Of a stretch of 64,000 bases of DNA, positions 1 through 10,694 are shown piece after piece. Where the stretch lies: contig QCDG01000007.1 in NCBI GenBank assembly GCA_003280995.1, positions 25,026-89,025 on the forward strand, given 5' to 3'. The DNA comes from Prochlorococcus sp. AG-355-A09 (GTDB lineage: Bacteria > Cyanobacteriota > Cyanobacteriia > PCC-6307 > Cyanobiaceae). Position 1 is the stretch's first letter. The number at the start of each line of letters is the position of its first letter. The position numbers and the translations under genes were made by a program. The notes beneath the pieces were generated by a model, which was given only the letters and a program-made list of their open reading frames with translations, had not been told where the DNA came from and did not search any database.

Positions 1-421
1 TGATTTCAGCTATAAATAAAGTCTGTCCCCTTTTTATAACAATATTTCCTCTCCTAAATTCTTTAATATTTTTTTTTAATTGATTTAACTCCTTTTCTTT
101 TTGAATAATTTTACCTTCAAGTTCCTTTTGTTCTTCCTGTAAAGGGATTAAAGCCTTTTTACTTTCATCTAGAGTTTTTTGTAAAAAAGGAATATCAACA
201 AAAAGTCTCTGTCTGAATTCTGCACTTACTAAAATCAATAACCCTATTGATATTGAACTAATAAACCCACCAGTAATAATAGTTATTATTGTTGCTGTTT
301 TTTTCGGTCTTAATTTTAAGATACTAAATCTTGCTTTACCAATCTTTGTTCCAAGAATATCCCCAAATGGTGCAATTAATCCCCCTAGTAATATTAAAAA
401 AACAATTAAAATCCAAGCCAC
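1..421 (-). CDS. Membrane plus coiled-coil protein, N-terminal part only (C-terminus runs off the left window edge); DUF3084-like
   Basis: Minus-strand frame open from the window edge up to GTG 419-421 (alternative TTG 437-439). Translation: VAWILIVFLILLGGLIAPFGDILGTKIGKARFSILKLRPKKTATIITIITGGFISS, then coiled-coil KELEGKIIQKEKELNQLKKNIKEF. Absent from the ORF track because it is truncated. Confidence 0.55.
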   Translation of the reverse strand, partial: MAWILIVFLILLGGLIAPFGDILGTKIGKARFSILKLRPKKTATIITIITGGFISSISIGLLILVSAEFRQRLFVDIPFLQKTLDESKKALIPLQEEQKELEGKIIQKEKELNQLKKNIKEFRRGNIVIKRGQTLFIAEI

Positions 422-460
422 ACTTTTGCATTTACTCAATACATCATAATTTATGATGAA

Positions 461-1195
461 TCAATTAAATCTTTTTGCAAGAGCAATTGGATCGAATACT
501 GTGATCTTTTTTCTTTCAATATTCAAAAGCCCTGAATCCTTTAAATCTCCCAATAATCTTGTAATAGTTACTCTTGTAGAACCAATAGCTTCAGCAATTG
601 CCTGATGTGAAAGTCTTAAATCTATAGTAATACCTTTTTCACTTGCGACTCCAAAGTCTCTACAAAGGACCATTAAAAAACTTACTAAACGAGAAGACAT
701 ATCTCTATGTGTAAGAGTTTCTATCATTGTTTCAGTTTGCAGGATCCTACTTGAAAGCCCTTGTAAAAGTAGCAGTCCAACTGATGCATCTTCCTCTATA
801 GCTCTTAAAACAGAATTAGCAGGTGCTGTTATCATTTCAACTCTTGTGAATGCTATGGCATGGTAAAAACGATCGGATCTATGGCCTGTTAGAAGAGATA
901 AAACACCAAAGAGACTATTCTCTCTTAAAAGAGCAACAGTTATTTCTTCGCCAGATTCATAAACTCTTGAAAGTCGTACTGCTCCTCTTCTAATAAGATA
1001 AACCCTTTCAGCAGGGTCTCCAGGGAAGAATATTGTTTTAGACCTCTCCACCATTTCTGTGCTTGCACCATCTAGACCTTTAATAACTTCCATTAAAGTT
1101 CTATTGATTGGAAAACGTTCTCCAACAGAGTTAATTTTACTTTGTCCAGAATGTTGCGAACTAAAGCGGTTGAATCCTCGTGAAGCAGGTATCAT
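461..1195 (-). CDS. ntcA: Global nitrogen regulator NtcA (CRP/FNR family)
   Basis: 244 aa. cNMP-binding-like domain ([35 protein letters not shown]) and C-terminal HTH ([24 protein letters not shown]), typical of cyanobacterial NtcA. Confidence 0.93.
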   Translation of the reverse strand: MIPASRGFNRFSSQHSGQSKINSVGERFPINRTLMEVIKGLDGASTEMVERSKTIFFPGDPAERVYLIRRGAVRLSRVYESGEEITVALLRENSLFGVLSLLTGHRSDRFYHAIAFTRVEMITAPANSVLRAIEEDASVGLLLLQGLSSRILQTETMIETLTHRDMSSRLVSFLMVLCRDFGVASEKGITIDLRLSHQAIAEAIGSTRVTITRLLGDLKDSGLLNIERKKITVFDPIALAKRFN

Positions 1196-1215
1196 GAATA
1201 TCTTGACTATTAAAA

Positions 1216-1257
1216 AATTTAAGGAGACACCCTAAAACATCTTGTATCAACAGTAAC
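1216..1257 (-). promoter_or_regulatory. Putative NtcA-activated (class II type) promoter of ntcA: GTT-N8-TAC box, 22-nt spacer, TAAATT -10
   Basis: Plus strand 1244-1257 is GTATCAACAGTAAC (GTA-N8-AAC; read towards ntcA it is GTT-N8-TAC). Exactly 22 nt downstream on the minus strand is TAAATT (1216-1221), which fits TAN3T. The ATG at 1195 is about 20 nt further on. Confidence 0.45.
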
Positions 1258-1394
1258 AATTTTCAATTCTTATATGTTTATTGATAAGCTTTTTTCAGTC
1301 AGTTTCAAATTTATTAACCCTTTTTTAAGTAAAATTACACTATATGCAGCGTCATTGGATTCTAATTATACTGCATATAGAAAGATTCTAAATA

Positions 1395-1976
1395 ATGGTA
1401 ATTAGTTCATCTCATATTCATTCCAAAGGTAATCTTGATATTGTAAAAACAAATATTGCTAACAAAATTAACGTAAAAAAATTTTCAAATAACGGACAAA
1501 TTCAAATCTATCAATCTTCATATAGAGGTAGCTACACATCTATAATTAGAGACTCTCTAAGAAATGCTGCTCTTGGCAGGAAAGTACTCCTAATACAATT
1601 TATTAAAGGAGGGGTCAAGCAAGGAGTTGATCATGCAGTAAAGCTATGCGGTAATTTAACCTGGGTAAGATCCTCACATTCCTTTGATCAATATAATCCT
1701 GAAGCAATTGAAAATAATAAAGATTTAAAAAAAACTATTTATGAATCTACTATGGAATTATGGGATTTTTGTAAAAGAGAACTACAGTCAGGAGAGAACG
1801 ACCAAATCATACTCGATGAAATTTTTTTAGCTATTAACATGAAAATTATAGATAAAGATGATTTGATTTCAACACTTGAAAACCGATTTATATCAGGAGA
1901 TGTAATCCTTACTGGTACAGATATTCCTAAAGATCTATTATTAATGGCCAATCAAATTACCGAACTTCGCTCATAA
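1395..1976 (+). CDS. CobA/CobO/BtuR-family (cob(I)yrinic acid a,c-diamide adenosyltransferase-like) protein with a degenerate P-loop
   Basis: 193 aa. Family core VLLIQFIKGG...LDEI...ILTG is present. The position of the GxxGxGK[ST] P-loop reads IYQSSYRGSYTS. Confidence 0.65.
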   Translation: MVISSSHIHSKGNLDIVKTNIANKINVKKFSNNGQIQIYQSSYRGSYTSIIRDSLRNAALGRKVLLIQFIKGGVKQGVDHAVKLCGNLTWVRSSHSFDQYNPEAIENNKDLKKTIYESTMELWDFCKRELQSGENDQIILDEIFLAINMKIIDKDDLISTLENRFISGDVILTGTDIPKDLLLMANQITELRS

Positions 1977-1980
1977 AACA

Positions 1981-2574
1981 ATGCTAAAAAATGATCTCTG
2001 GATAAATCAAAAAGCCTCGGAAGGGATGATAAAGCCTTTTCAATCAAATTTAGTGAGGCACCTTGAGCCTGACAATAAACAAAAGCCAGTTTTGAGTTAC
2101 GGATGTTCCTCTTATGGCTATGATTTAAGACTTTCATCAAAAGAATTCCTAATTTTCAGACATATTCCTGGTACAGTAATGAATCCTAAAAAGTTTAATC
2201 CTAATAATTTAGAAAAAACTGTTCTTCACCACGATGATGATGGAGATTTTTTTATTCTTCCCGCTCACTCCTATGGTTTAGGAGTCGCTTTAGAAAAGAT
2301 GAAAGTACCAGAGAATATAACTGTAATCTGCATAGGCAAAAGTACTTATGCACGGCTAGGAATTATTGTTAATACAACGCCTGCAGAGGCTGGATGGGAA
2401 GGTCATCTAACTTTAGAGTTTAGTAATAGTTCAGGTGCAGATTGCAGAATTTATGCTGAAGAGGGTATTTGCCAACTACTCTTTTTTGAAGGTGATCCAT
2501 GCTCTACAACCTATGAAGATAGAAGAGGTAAATATCAAAATCAACCTGAGAAAGTTACTTTAGCAAAAATCTAA
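1981..2574 (+). CDS. dcd: dCTP deaminase
   Basis: 197 aa. Has GYDLRL, IGKSTYARLGI and AGWEGHLTLEFSN motifs. Only 1 nt separates it from thyX downstream. Confidence 0.9.
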   Translation: MLKNDLWINQKASEGMIKPFQSNLVRHLEPDNKQKPVLSYGCSSYGYDLRLSSKEFLIFRHIPGTVMNPKKFNPNNLEKTVLHHDDDGDFFILPAHSYGLGVALEKMKVPENITVICIGKSTYARLGIIVNTTPAEAGWEGHLTLEFSNSSGADCRIYAEEGICQLLFFEGDPCSTTYEDRRGKYQNQPEKVTLAKI

Positions 2575-2575
2575 A

Positions 2576-3208
2576 ATGAGTAAAGTTGAATTAATCTCGC
2601 TGACTCCTGATGCAGAAAAAACAATGGCTTACATTGCAAGAGTAAGTAACCCAAAAAACCAGGAAAATGAGGATTATTCAAAATTATTAAGTTATTGCAT
2701 AAAAAATGAACATTGGAGTGTTTTTGAACAGTCATTTATGACCTTACAAATAGAAACTAATAGAGGAATCGCTGCCCAAATTTTAAGACATAGATCATTT
2801 ACTTTTCAGGAATTTTCACAGAGATATGCAGATAGTTCTCAATTGGGTAATATCCCCTTGCCAGAGTTGAGGCGTCAAGATTTTAAAAATAGACAAAATT
2901 CAATCCCTGACCTTCCAGATGAGTTAAAAAAAAGATTTAATGAAAAAATTGGTTTACATTTTCAGGCTGCTTCAGAATTATATGAAGATTTACTTGCTGA
3001 AGGGGTAGCTAAAGAATGTGCGAGATTTGTTTTACCATTAGCAACTCCAACAAGAATCTACATGTCTGGATCATGCAGATCGTGGATCCATTACATTCAT
3101 TTAAGATCAGCTCACGGTACCCAACAAGAACACAAATCTATCGCCCAAAATTGCAAGTCTATTTTTAAAAAAAGTTTTCCGATTGTTTCAAAATCCCTAG
3201 AATGGTAA
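2576..3208 (+). CDS. thyX: Flavin-dependent thymidylate synthase ThyX
   Basis: 210 aa. ThyX signature RHRSFTFQEFSQRY. Confidence 0.92.
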   Translation: MSKVELISLTPDAEKTMAYIARVSNPKNQENEDYSKLLSYCIKNEHWSVFEQSFMTLQIETNRGIAAQILRHRSFTFQEFSQRYADSSQLGNIPLPELRRQDFKNRQNSIPDLPDELKKRFNEKIGLHFQAASELYEDLLAEGVAKECARFVLPLATPTRIYMSGSCRSWIHYIHLRSAHGTQQEHKSIAQNCKSIFKKSFPIVSKSLEW

Positions 3209-3211
3209 AAG

Positions 3212-3757
3212 TTATCGATGACTACGAGGACTAACCTCATTATTTTTATTTTCTTGAATTGTTGAAAATTCAACATTAATAATTTTCTGATGAGATTTCT
3301 CTTCTTTTTCTAAATTATTTATAGATTCTCTTATTTTTATTTCATCCTGTTTACCAATAAAAGTAGATACTACATTGCCCTTTTTATCAAAAAGATTAAC
3401 TTGAGGAATCCCGTTGACGGAAAACTTCTGAATATAATTACCCCATTTTTGATTATCAACATTTAAAAAAACAAAATTAATATCTTTTTCATATTCATCT
3501 TTTAAATTAGAAACTTGTGGAGCCATTTCTTTGCAAACTTCACACCACTCAGCATAAAATTCCAGAAATGTTGGTTTATTATTTGTAAAAGCTATTTCAG
3601 GGTCAACAGATAATTCTCCAAAACTCTTTAGAAGATAAGTTGATTTAAAAAAGAAATTTCTAAACAAAAGCAGCGAAATCATAACAATAGATATAATCAA
3701 AATAAGAATTGTTATTGAATTTGTTTTTAAAATTTGCTCTCGACTCTCTGATTGCAC
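3212..3757 (-). CDS. txlA: Membrane-anchored thioredoxin-like protein (TlpA/TxlA type)
   Basis: 181 aa. N-terminal TM helix, then a thioredoxin fold with WCEVC active site. Confidence 0.75.
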   Translation of the reverse strand: MQSESREQILKTNSITILILIISIVMISLLLFRNFFFKSTYLLKSFGELSVDPEIAFTNNKPTFLEFYAEWCEVCKEMAPQVSNLKDEYEKDINFVFLNVDNQKWGNYIQKFSVNGIPQVNLFDKKGNVVSTFIGKQDEIKIRESINNLEKEEKSHQKIINVEFSTIQENKNNEVSPRSHR

Positions 3758-3893
3758 TATAAGGAAATTACTAACTTAAAATATCTTAAATAAGTTAAAC
3801 AAATAAAGAGAATTAAAATCTATAAGCTTTTAATCAACTGATAAAATAAAAACTAAATATTATCAAAATTTCTTTGATTCCTGAAATCTAATT

Positions 3894-5246
3894 ATGCAAT
3901 CAATCTTTGGAACTGATGGAATAAGAGGGCGATTTAATGAAGAGATAACTTATTCACTAGCCTACAAAGTGGGATATGCTCTAGGTGCAACTTTAAAAAA
4001 GAAAAGTCCAATAATAATTGGAAGAGATACAAGAATTAGTGGAGATACTCTGCTTCAAGCCATAACACAAGGTATAAATGCAAGTGGTCAAAAATTTATA
4101 AATCTGGGAATCTGCCCTACTCCAGCTATACCTTTATTAATCAAACAAGAGAACCTGGGCAGTGGAATCATGATATCTGCGAGTCATAATCCGCCAGAAT
4201 ACAATGGCATAAAAATTTTTGATCATAATGGTCAAAAAATTACCAAAAATTTTGAAAATAAAATCCAAAAATTAATTGAAGAGTCGAATCAAAATATATC
4301 AGTTCCTAAACAAGTGATTCCACTAGATACAAATAAAGATCTCATCGATATTTATATTAAAAGCCTTATCCAAACAATGGGTGGAGAAAATCTAAGTGGG
4401 TTAAAAATAATTTTAGACACATGCTATGGATCAGCGACAACCTGCGCAAAAAAAATTTTTCAGGCTCTTGGTGCTGAAGTAAGAGTTATCAATAACTCTA
4501 ATAATGGTTTGAAAATTAATATGAATTGTGGTTCTACTAACCTCGAACCATTAAAAAAAGCATTAAGAGAGAATCCTGCAGATATGGGTTTTAGCTTTGA
4601 TGGAGATGCCGATAGAGTAATTGGAATGGACTCCAAAGGTAATGTGTTAGATGGAGATCACATTCTTTTTCTTTGGGGCAGAGAGCTAATGGAACAAAAA
4701 ATGCTGGCAAATAATTTATTAATATCAACGCAAATGGCAAACTTAGGTTTTGAAAGTGCTTGGAAGAAAATTGGAGGAATTTTACATAGAACTAAAGTAG
4801 GAGATAAATATGTACATGACGCAATTAAGGAAAAAATAGCTGATTTAGGAGGGGAGCAGTCAGGTCATATACTTTCAAAAATTAATAACTTTTCCGGAGA
4901 TGGGATATTGACTGCACTTCAAATTTCTAAATATTGTAAAGTGAAAAATATTAATTTAAATGACTGGCTTAAAAGTAGTTTCGAACCTCTTCCTCAAAAA
5001 CTAACCAATATCAAATTAGATTTTAATATTAAAAAATTAAATCCAAAAACCAAAATCTTAATCGATCAAACTATAGAAAATTTTCAGGCATTATATTCGG
5101 ATAATTGTAGAGTTTATATAAGGCCTAGCGGTACAGAACCTGTAATAAGAATTCTAGTTGAGGCCCAAAATAATAAGGAAGTTAATTCTTTATCAAGCGA
5201 AATAACAAAAAAACTCTTTTTAGAAATTGATAAAATAATTAACTAA
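3894..5246 (+). CDS. glmM: Phosphoglucosamine mutase
   Basis: 450 aa. Has FGTDGIRG, active-site SASHNP and FDGDADR metal loop. Confidence 0.93.
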   Translation: MQSIFGTDGIRGRFNEEITYSLAYKVGYALGATLKKKSPIIIGRDTRISGDTLLQAITQGINASGQKFINLGICPTPAIPLLIKQENLGSGIMISASHNPPEYNGIKIFDHNGQKITKNFENKIQKLIEESNQNISVPKQVIPLDTNKDLIDIYIKSLIQTMGGENLSGLKIILDTCYGSATTCAKKIFQALGAEVRVINNSNNGLKINMNCGSTNLEPLKKALRENPADMGFSFDGDADRVIGMDSKGNVLDGDHILFLWGRELMEQKMLANNLLISTQMANLGFESAWKKIGGILHRTKVGDKYVHDAIKEKIADLGGEQSGHILSKINNFSGDGILTALQISKYCKVKNINLNDWLKSSFEPLPQKLTNIKLDFNIKKLNPKTKILIDQTIENFQALYSDNCRVYIRPSGTEPVIRILVEAQNNKEVNSLSSEITKKLFLEIDKIIN

Positions 5247-5253
5247 CAATTAA

Positions 5254-5883
5254 TCAATTTTTTATATAAATTTTTTCATAAATATCAAGTTGGTTAACAA
5301 TTGCATACTTTTCCCTATCAGTTTTAACTTTAATAGGATTAAAACTTTCGGAACAATTAAAATCTTTTTTATCTATTGTTTTAAAATGAAAATTACTTGA
5401 TATAGTGCAATCCATATAATCGAACAAATCCTTTACATCTGTTTTTATAAAAATAAGGGTGTCTTTTTGCAATGAATTTGAGAGCATATTAATAAATCCT
5501 GGCTGAATTACACGCCTTTTATAATGTCTCTTTTTAAACCAAGGATCAGGGAAATTAAAAGAAATACTTTTTAGATTTTTGATAATAAATTTATTTTGGA
5601 CATCATTCAAAATATTGTTTGCATTACCAAATATAAAATATAGATTTTTGATTTCTCTTTCGATAGCTTTTAATTTGGCATTTTTGACTAATTTCTCACG
5701 AATTTCAATTCCTAAATAATTCCACCTGGTATTAACTAAAGCTAAATCAAATAGAAACTCACCAGCAGCACAACCTATATCCAAATGAAGATTCGATTTA
5801 GAATTTCCATACATGTCGCTCAAAGAAGGAATTCTCTCAATCTGATTAAAATTTTTACTAAGCGGATTAACATGCTGTCTCAT
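5254..5883 (-). CDS. trmB: tRNA (guanine-N7)-methyltransferase
   Basis: 209 aa. Has [13 protein letters not shown] motif and [14 protein letters not shown]. Confidence 0.9.
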   Translation of the reverse strand: MRQHVNPLSKNFNQIERIPSLSDMYGNSKSNLHLDIGCAAGEFLFDLALVNTRWNYLGIEIREKLVKNAKLKAIEREIKNLYFIFGNANNILNDVQNKFIIKNLKSISFNFPDPWFKKRHYKRRVIQPGFINMLSNSLQKDTLIFIKTDVKDLFDYMDCTISSNFHFKTIDKKDFNCSESFNPIKVKTDREKYAIVNQLDIYEKIYIKN

Positions 5884-6004
5884 TCAATTATTAATATATA
5901 TTAGGCAATAATATAAGGATGCATAATATTCATAACTATGACAATAGTAAGTCCAAAAGTAACAGTTTGATGTTTAATTATTATGTACTTAAAAAGAAAA
6001 AGTT

Positions 6005-6628
6005 TTGAACGTTATTAATCAACTTTCTATTTGGCTGTCCTTTCAACTTTCAATAATTTTCCTTATTGGTATTCCCGTTACTCTATCCTTGTGGTCAATT
6101 AAAAAAAGAAATAAAGCAGTTAATAAACTTCTTTCAATTTATTGGAAAATGTCCATTTTATTTTTTATAAGCCTTCTTCTTTTAATAGGTAAATATAATT
6201 ATGCTCTCGTGATAACAAATATATCAACAATACTAATGACAGTTTCAGTTTGGTTTTGGAACGATATTAATGATGAGTTAAGAGAATATGATTTTTCTTA
6301 CTCTCTCACCACAACGACAAAAATTTGGAGATGGACGATAACTTTTATATCTCTCAATTTCTTTATTCAGAGTTTACAAAACTTTAACTGCTTTTCTTTT
6401 ATTAATTCGGATGCGTGTGCAATATGGCTTCAACCTTCTTCAAATTTATATCTAATTTTAAAAAATTTATTTAATTTTTTCTTTGGAGCTAACTTTACTC
6501 AGCCGATAGCAAAATTCTTAGGATTATTTTCATTATTAATCTATATTTTAGGCCTCATTCAATGGTCAATAATCAAATTACCTAAAAATGGAAGAAACTC
6601 TTACTTCTCAGAAAATGGCAAAAATTGA
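6005..6628 (+). CDS. Conserved polytopic membrane protein, function unknown
   Basis: 207 aa from a TTG start. About 6 hydrophobic segments. No recognisable catalytic motif. Confidence 0.6.
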   Translation: MNVINQLSIWLSFQLSIIFLIGIPVTLSLWSIKKRNKAVNKLLSIYWKMSILFFISLLLLIGKYNYALVITNISTILMTVSVWFWNDINDELREYDFSYSLTTTTKIWRWTITFISLNFFIQSLQNFNCFSFINSDACAIWLQPSSNLYLILKNLFNFFFGANFTQPIAKFLGLFSLLIYILGLIQWSIIKLPKNGRNSYFSENGKN

Positions 6629-6911
6629 TTTAATAAATTGTCTTGAAAAAATCAGTTCCGAGATACCTGATAGGATACTCAAACTAGAGGGTTTCATTCA
6701 AAAAGAACAATTAGAAATAATTATTTTCAGAGGTTTCAGTAGCTCAACAACTCATCCAATTGAAATAGATTCAGAAAAAAAAGTAATAGCACTTAATTAT
6801 GAAATTAAGAATTTTAAACTTTATAAAGCACCGTTAACAGAGACCGGAGAAAATTTTATAAGAGAAAATGAAAACTCAGTTTTCTTTTTGAATCAAAAAA
6901 ACTGGATTTAA
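6615..6911 (+). CDS. Hypothetical protein (ORF-track start 6588; ATG 6615 preferred)
   Basis: Starting at ATG 6615 ([12 protein letters not shown]...) cuts the overlap with the upstream gene from 41 nt to 14 nt. No motif recognised. The 3' end overlaps the ileS stop by 4 nt. Confidence 0.5.
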   Translation: MAKIDLINCLEKISSEIPDRILKLEGFIQKEQLEIIIFRGFSSSTTHPIEIDSEKKVIALNYEIKNFKLYKAPLTETGENFIRENENSVFFLNQKNWI

Positions 6912-9814
6912 ATAAATTCAGAATTAATAATATTTGAACATCTTTTGCATAATTTTGTATTTTGAATTCCAATAAAAGTTTCTTTTTGATAATGCCAACA
7001 TCTATCACATTTTTGACCTTGAGCTTTTAATATTTGTATTTTTCCGAGTGCATTGTTATCAATAATTAGAGAATTTTCCACTAAATCAGATACCACTTGG
7101 AAGTTTGATACTATAAGCCAATCCCTAAATAAATCTACATCTTGATTGCCATATTCTTTTAGCCAAGTAAGTGAATCTTTTAAAACTTTATTTTCAGGTA
7201 AATAATTAACTTCAGTTTCCAAAGCTGCTCCAATTATTTGTTTGTTTCTACATCCTTCTATAGCCTTGTTAATTTCAACTCTCAAATTTCTTAAATTTGC
7301 AATGTGTTCATTAAGTATTTGATTTTTCCATGACTGCGAAAATATTGGCCATCCTCTTTGAAAGACTGATTTTTCTTTAGTTGAATATGGTATATTATGC
7401 CAAATATCTTCAGCCATATGACAAAGCACTGGAGAAATAAGTACCGCTAAATTCTCAACAACTTTTGACATGACGAACTGACATGATCTTCTCCTAAATT
7501 GTGATTTAGAACTTACATACAGCCTATCCTTCGCAATATCCAAATAAAAATTTGATAGATCTACAACGCAAAAACTTTGCAAGATTTGGAAAAATTTTGA
7601 AAATTCATAATTTTCATAAGCATTTGATATTTCATCTGTAACCTCAACTAGTCTTCCTAACATCCATTGATCTAAGAGAGGCAATTGATCAATTTCAAAA
7701 CTATCAACATTAGGATCATAATCATGAATATTACCTAGAAGATATCTTGCAGTATTACGAACTTTTCTGTAAACGTCTGAAAGTTGCTTGAGTATATTTG
7801 AACCAATTGGAACATCAACTGAATAATCTACAGAGCTTACCCATAGCCTTAAAACATCAGCACCATAAGCAGGGTCAGTTTTTTTATTATTACCTCCATT
7901 AATAATTATATTTGGGTCAACAACATTTCCTAAAGATTTACTCATTTTTCTTCCATTTTCATCAAGTGCAAAACCATGAGTTAAAACTTTCTTATAGGGA
8001 GGTTTATTATTGACTGCAACAGATGTTAGCAAAGAAGACTGAAACCATCCTCGATGTTGATCTGAGCCCTCTAAATAAAGATCTGCTGGATACTTTAATT
8101 CACTTCTCAGTTCACATACCGCGGCCCAGCTAGATCCCGAATCGAACCAAACATCCATTGTATCTGTACCTTTTTTCCATTGATCCGATTCTTTTGCATA
8201 ACTTTCAGGCAAAAGATTCTTAACATCCCAATCCCACCAAATATCTGCTCCATGTTCACTAAAAAGTTCTTGAATATGATTAATTATCTCGTTGTTAAGT
8301 AGGATATCATTACCATTTTTTTTATAAAAAACTGGAATAGGTAAACCCCATGACCTCTGTCTAGAAATACACCAATCTCCTCTACCAACAACCATAGAAT
8401 AAATTCTTTTCTTTCCAGTCTCTGGCATCCATTCAACATCTTCGATTGCCTTTAAAGCAGATGATCTAAAGCCATTTACAGATGCAAACCATTGTTCTGT
8501 TGCCCTAAAAATAGTTGGTTTTTTGGTTCTCCAATCATAAGGATATCTATGTTTATAATTTTCTTGTAATAGAAGCAAATTATTTCGTTTTAAATATTCA
8601 ATAATTAAATCATTGGCATCTTTCAGGACATTGGATCCTTGAAATTGTCCAGAAGATTCATTTAAGTTCCCTTTTTCATCAACAACACATGTAATAGGTA
8701 AATTATATTTTTGCCCTACATTAAAGTCATCTATCCCATGACCGGGTGCAGTATGAACAATTCCAGTACCTGATTCTGTCGTAATGTAATCCCCCCCAAT
8801 CAAGATTCTGCAATTTTTGTCCTTAGTAGGATGTTGATATTCAATATTTTCCAATTCAGAGCCTCTAACCTCTAAAAGCAGCTTGAAATCTTTATTAAAT
8901 TTCTTACTTATTTCAGAAGATAAATCCTTTGCAAAAAGGTAAATTCTTTTCTCTTCATCGATAGCAAAAACGTACTTTATTTTTGGATTTACTGCAACTG
9001 CTTCATTTGCAGGAATGGTCCAAGGAGTTGTGGTCCAAATAGTTATGAAAAAATTATTTTGAAAAAAATCTTTTTTGATATTAAGATTTTCTTGGTTAAA
9101 ATTTAATAGAATTTGCTTAGATATATTCGTAATTTTTAATGAAACATAAATACTTTTTGAATAATGTTCATCCGGATATTCTAATTCTGCTTCTGCAAGT
9201 GCAGTCCTCGAACTTGGACTCCAATGAACAGGTTTAAGACCTCGATATATATAACCATTTAAAAACATTTTCCCAAATACTCCAATCTGAGCAGATTCAT
9301 AACTTTTCTTAAGAGTTAAGTAAGGGTTATCCCAATTTCCCCATATGCCCCACCTTTTGAAACCTTCCTTTTGATTATTAATTTGGATATGGGCATAATC
9401 TGTTGCTTTTTTTCTTAAATTTAGAGTGTCAAGATTCTTTCTTTCATCAGATTTTAAATTCTGAAGAACTTTTAATTCAATAGGTAATCCATGACAGTCC
9501 CAACCAGGTACGAAATGAACCCTAAATCCTCTTAAGGTTTTGTACTTATTAATTATGTCTTTTAAAACTTTATTAAGGGCATGACCCATGTGAAGAGCTC
9601 CATTTGCATAAGGAGGGCCATCATGTAATGTAAATATTTCGCCTGAATTGTTTGAACCTAATTGGAAGTCAATATCATTATTAGCCCAAAAATCCTGTAT
9701 CTCAGGTTCTCTTACAACTGAATTGGCGCGCATTGAGAAGTCAGTTTTTAATAAATTTAAAGTTTCTTTATAAGAAAAGTCTGATTTTTGTTCTTTGCTA
9801 TTTTGAGATTTCAT
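6908..9814 (-). CDS. ileS: Isoleucyl-tRNA synthetase
   Basis: 968 aa. HIGH-type motif (HMGHALNK), KMSKS, and a C-terminal Zn-finger pattern CDRCWHY...CKRC. Confidence 0.97.
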   Translation of the reverse strand: MKSQNSKEQKSDFSYKETLNLLKTDFSMRANSVVREPEIQDFWANNDIDFQLGSNNSGEIFTLHDGPPYANGALHMGHALNKVLKDIINKYKTLRGFRVHFVPGWDCHGLPIELKVLQNLKSDERKNLDTLNLRKKATDYAHIQINNQKEGFKRWGIWGNWDNPYLTLKKSYESAQIGVFGKMFLNGYIYRGLKPVHWSPSSRTALAEAELEYPDEHYSKSIYVSLKITNISKQILLNFNQENLNIKKDFFQNNFFITIWTTTPWTIPANEAVAVNPKIKYVFAIDEEKRIYLFAKDLSSEISKKFNKDFKLLLEVRGSELENIEYQHPTKDKNCRILIGGDYITTESGTGIVHTAPGHGIDDFNVGQKYNLPITCVVDEKGNLNESSGQFQGSNVLKDANDLIIEYLKRNNLLLLQENYKHRYPYDWRTKKPTIFRATEQWFASVNGFRSSALKAIEDVEWMPETGKKRIYSMVVGRGDWCISRQRSWGLPIPVFYKKNGNDILLNNEIINHIQELFSEHGADIWWDWDVKNLLPESYAKESDQWKKGTDTMDVWFDSGSSWAAVCELRSELKYPADLYLEGSDQHRGWFQSSLLTSVAVNNKPPYKKVLTHGFALDENGRKMSKSLGNVVDPNIIINGGNNKKTDPAYGADVLRLWVSSVDYSVDVPIGSNILKQLSDVYRKVRNTARYLLGNIHDYDPNVDSFEIDQLPLLDQWMLGRLVEVTDEISNAYENYEFSKFFQILQSFCVVDLSNFYLDIAKDRLYVSSKSQFRRRSCQFVMSKVVENLAVLISPVLCHMAEDIWHNIPYSTKEKSVFQRGWPIFSQSWKNQILNEHIANLRNLRVEINKAIEGCRNKQIIGAALETEVNYLPENKVLKDSLTWLKEYGNQDVDLFRDWLIVSNFQVVSDLVENSLIIDNNALGKIQILKAQGQKCDRCWHYQKETFIGIQNTKLCKRCSNIINSEFI

Positions 9815-9934
9815 TCGACGATATAAGAAATATTGGTGATCAAAAGAATTATTTAAATAAATCTAATTCATTATATTCTTTCTTAATTGACCTGTAGTTT
9901 TTTTGGGATGTTTCAAATAACCAATTTTTTTATT

Positions 9935-10384
9935 TCAGACTTTTATATTATCATTTTTATCATTTCTTACCCACTTTTTTTGGGTTGTATTTTTATTATT
10001 GCTACCAAAATTAAAAAAATTTGAAGGTTTAGTGAAATCAGAAAATACCAGATTTATGGATTCTAATATTTTCAAAAAGTTATTTTTAAACTCCAAAAAG
10101 GTAATTAATTTTTTCTTTTCGTTATCTGTCAATTGGTACCACCTAGATAAAAAAAGCTCTACTAGATAAAAAACAACTAGTAATGTTAAAAAAAGGAAAA
10201 TTACAAAAAATGATTCATCTAGTGTTTTATGTTTAATTATTAATATCAAACCTATTAATAAATTTAAAAAAGCTTTTATTAAGTCTTTTGGTTTACCGAG
10301 CTCAAGATAAATTATCGGTACAGTTAGAAAAATAGTCCCAACCAAAATATAAAAAGTACCCAAATAAAATATCAAACTATTCAT
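9935..10384 (-). CDS. Small membrane protein (possibly Ycf66-like)
   Basis: 149 aa. Three N-terminal TM segments and a basic, Asn-rich tail. The family assignment is only a recollection. Confidence 0.55.
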   Translation of the reverse strand: MNSLIFYLGTFYILVGTIFLTVPIIYLELGKPKDLIKAFLNLLIGLILIIKHKTLDESFFVIFLFLTLLVVFYLVELFLSRWYQLTDNEKKKLITFLEFKNNFLKILESINLVFSDFTKPSNFFNFGSNNKNTTQKKWVRNDKNDNIKV

Positions 10385-10455
10385 TAAATTAACTGCTTAA
10401 TTAAATTATAAGAGTTGATATCAAGAAACAAACTATCTATCAGAATTTCCTTAAG

Positions 10456-10537
10456 TGCGGTCGGGGAGACTTGAACTCCCACACCCGAAGATACGAGTAC
10501 CTAAAACTCGCGCGTCTACCAATTCCGCCACGACCGC
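10456..10537 (-). tRNA. tRNA-Leu (anticodon UAG)
   Basis: Minus strand: GCGGTCGTGGCGGAATTGGTAGACGCGCGAGTTTTAGGTACTCGTATCTTCGGGTGTGGGAGTTCAAGTCTCCCCGACCGCA. Acceptor stem GCGGTCG/CGACCGC. Anticodon stem CGAGT/ACTCG with loop TTTAGGT. Long variable arm. T-arm GGGAG-TTCAAGT-CTCCC. CCA is not encoded. Confidence 0.93.
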
Positions 10538-10694
10538 TCAAATAAAATAATAATTGAAAGAGGTTTATTTTAAAAATTTTTTTTCTTAAGATGATTAATT
10601 TGACACATTAAAATTGAATTAAAAATCTCCTAAAAGAAATTTTATATGTTTAATCATGCAATCCTAGTAAAATATTGGTTATATTATTTGAAGA

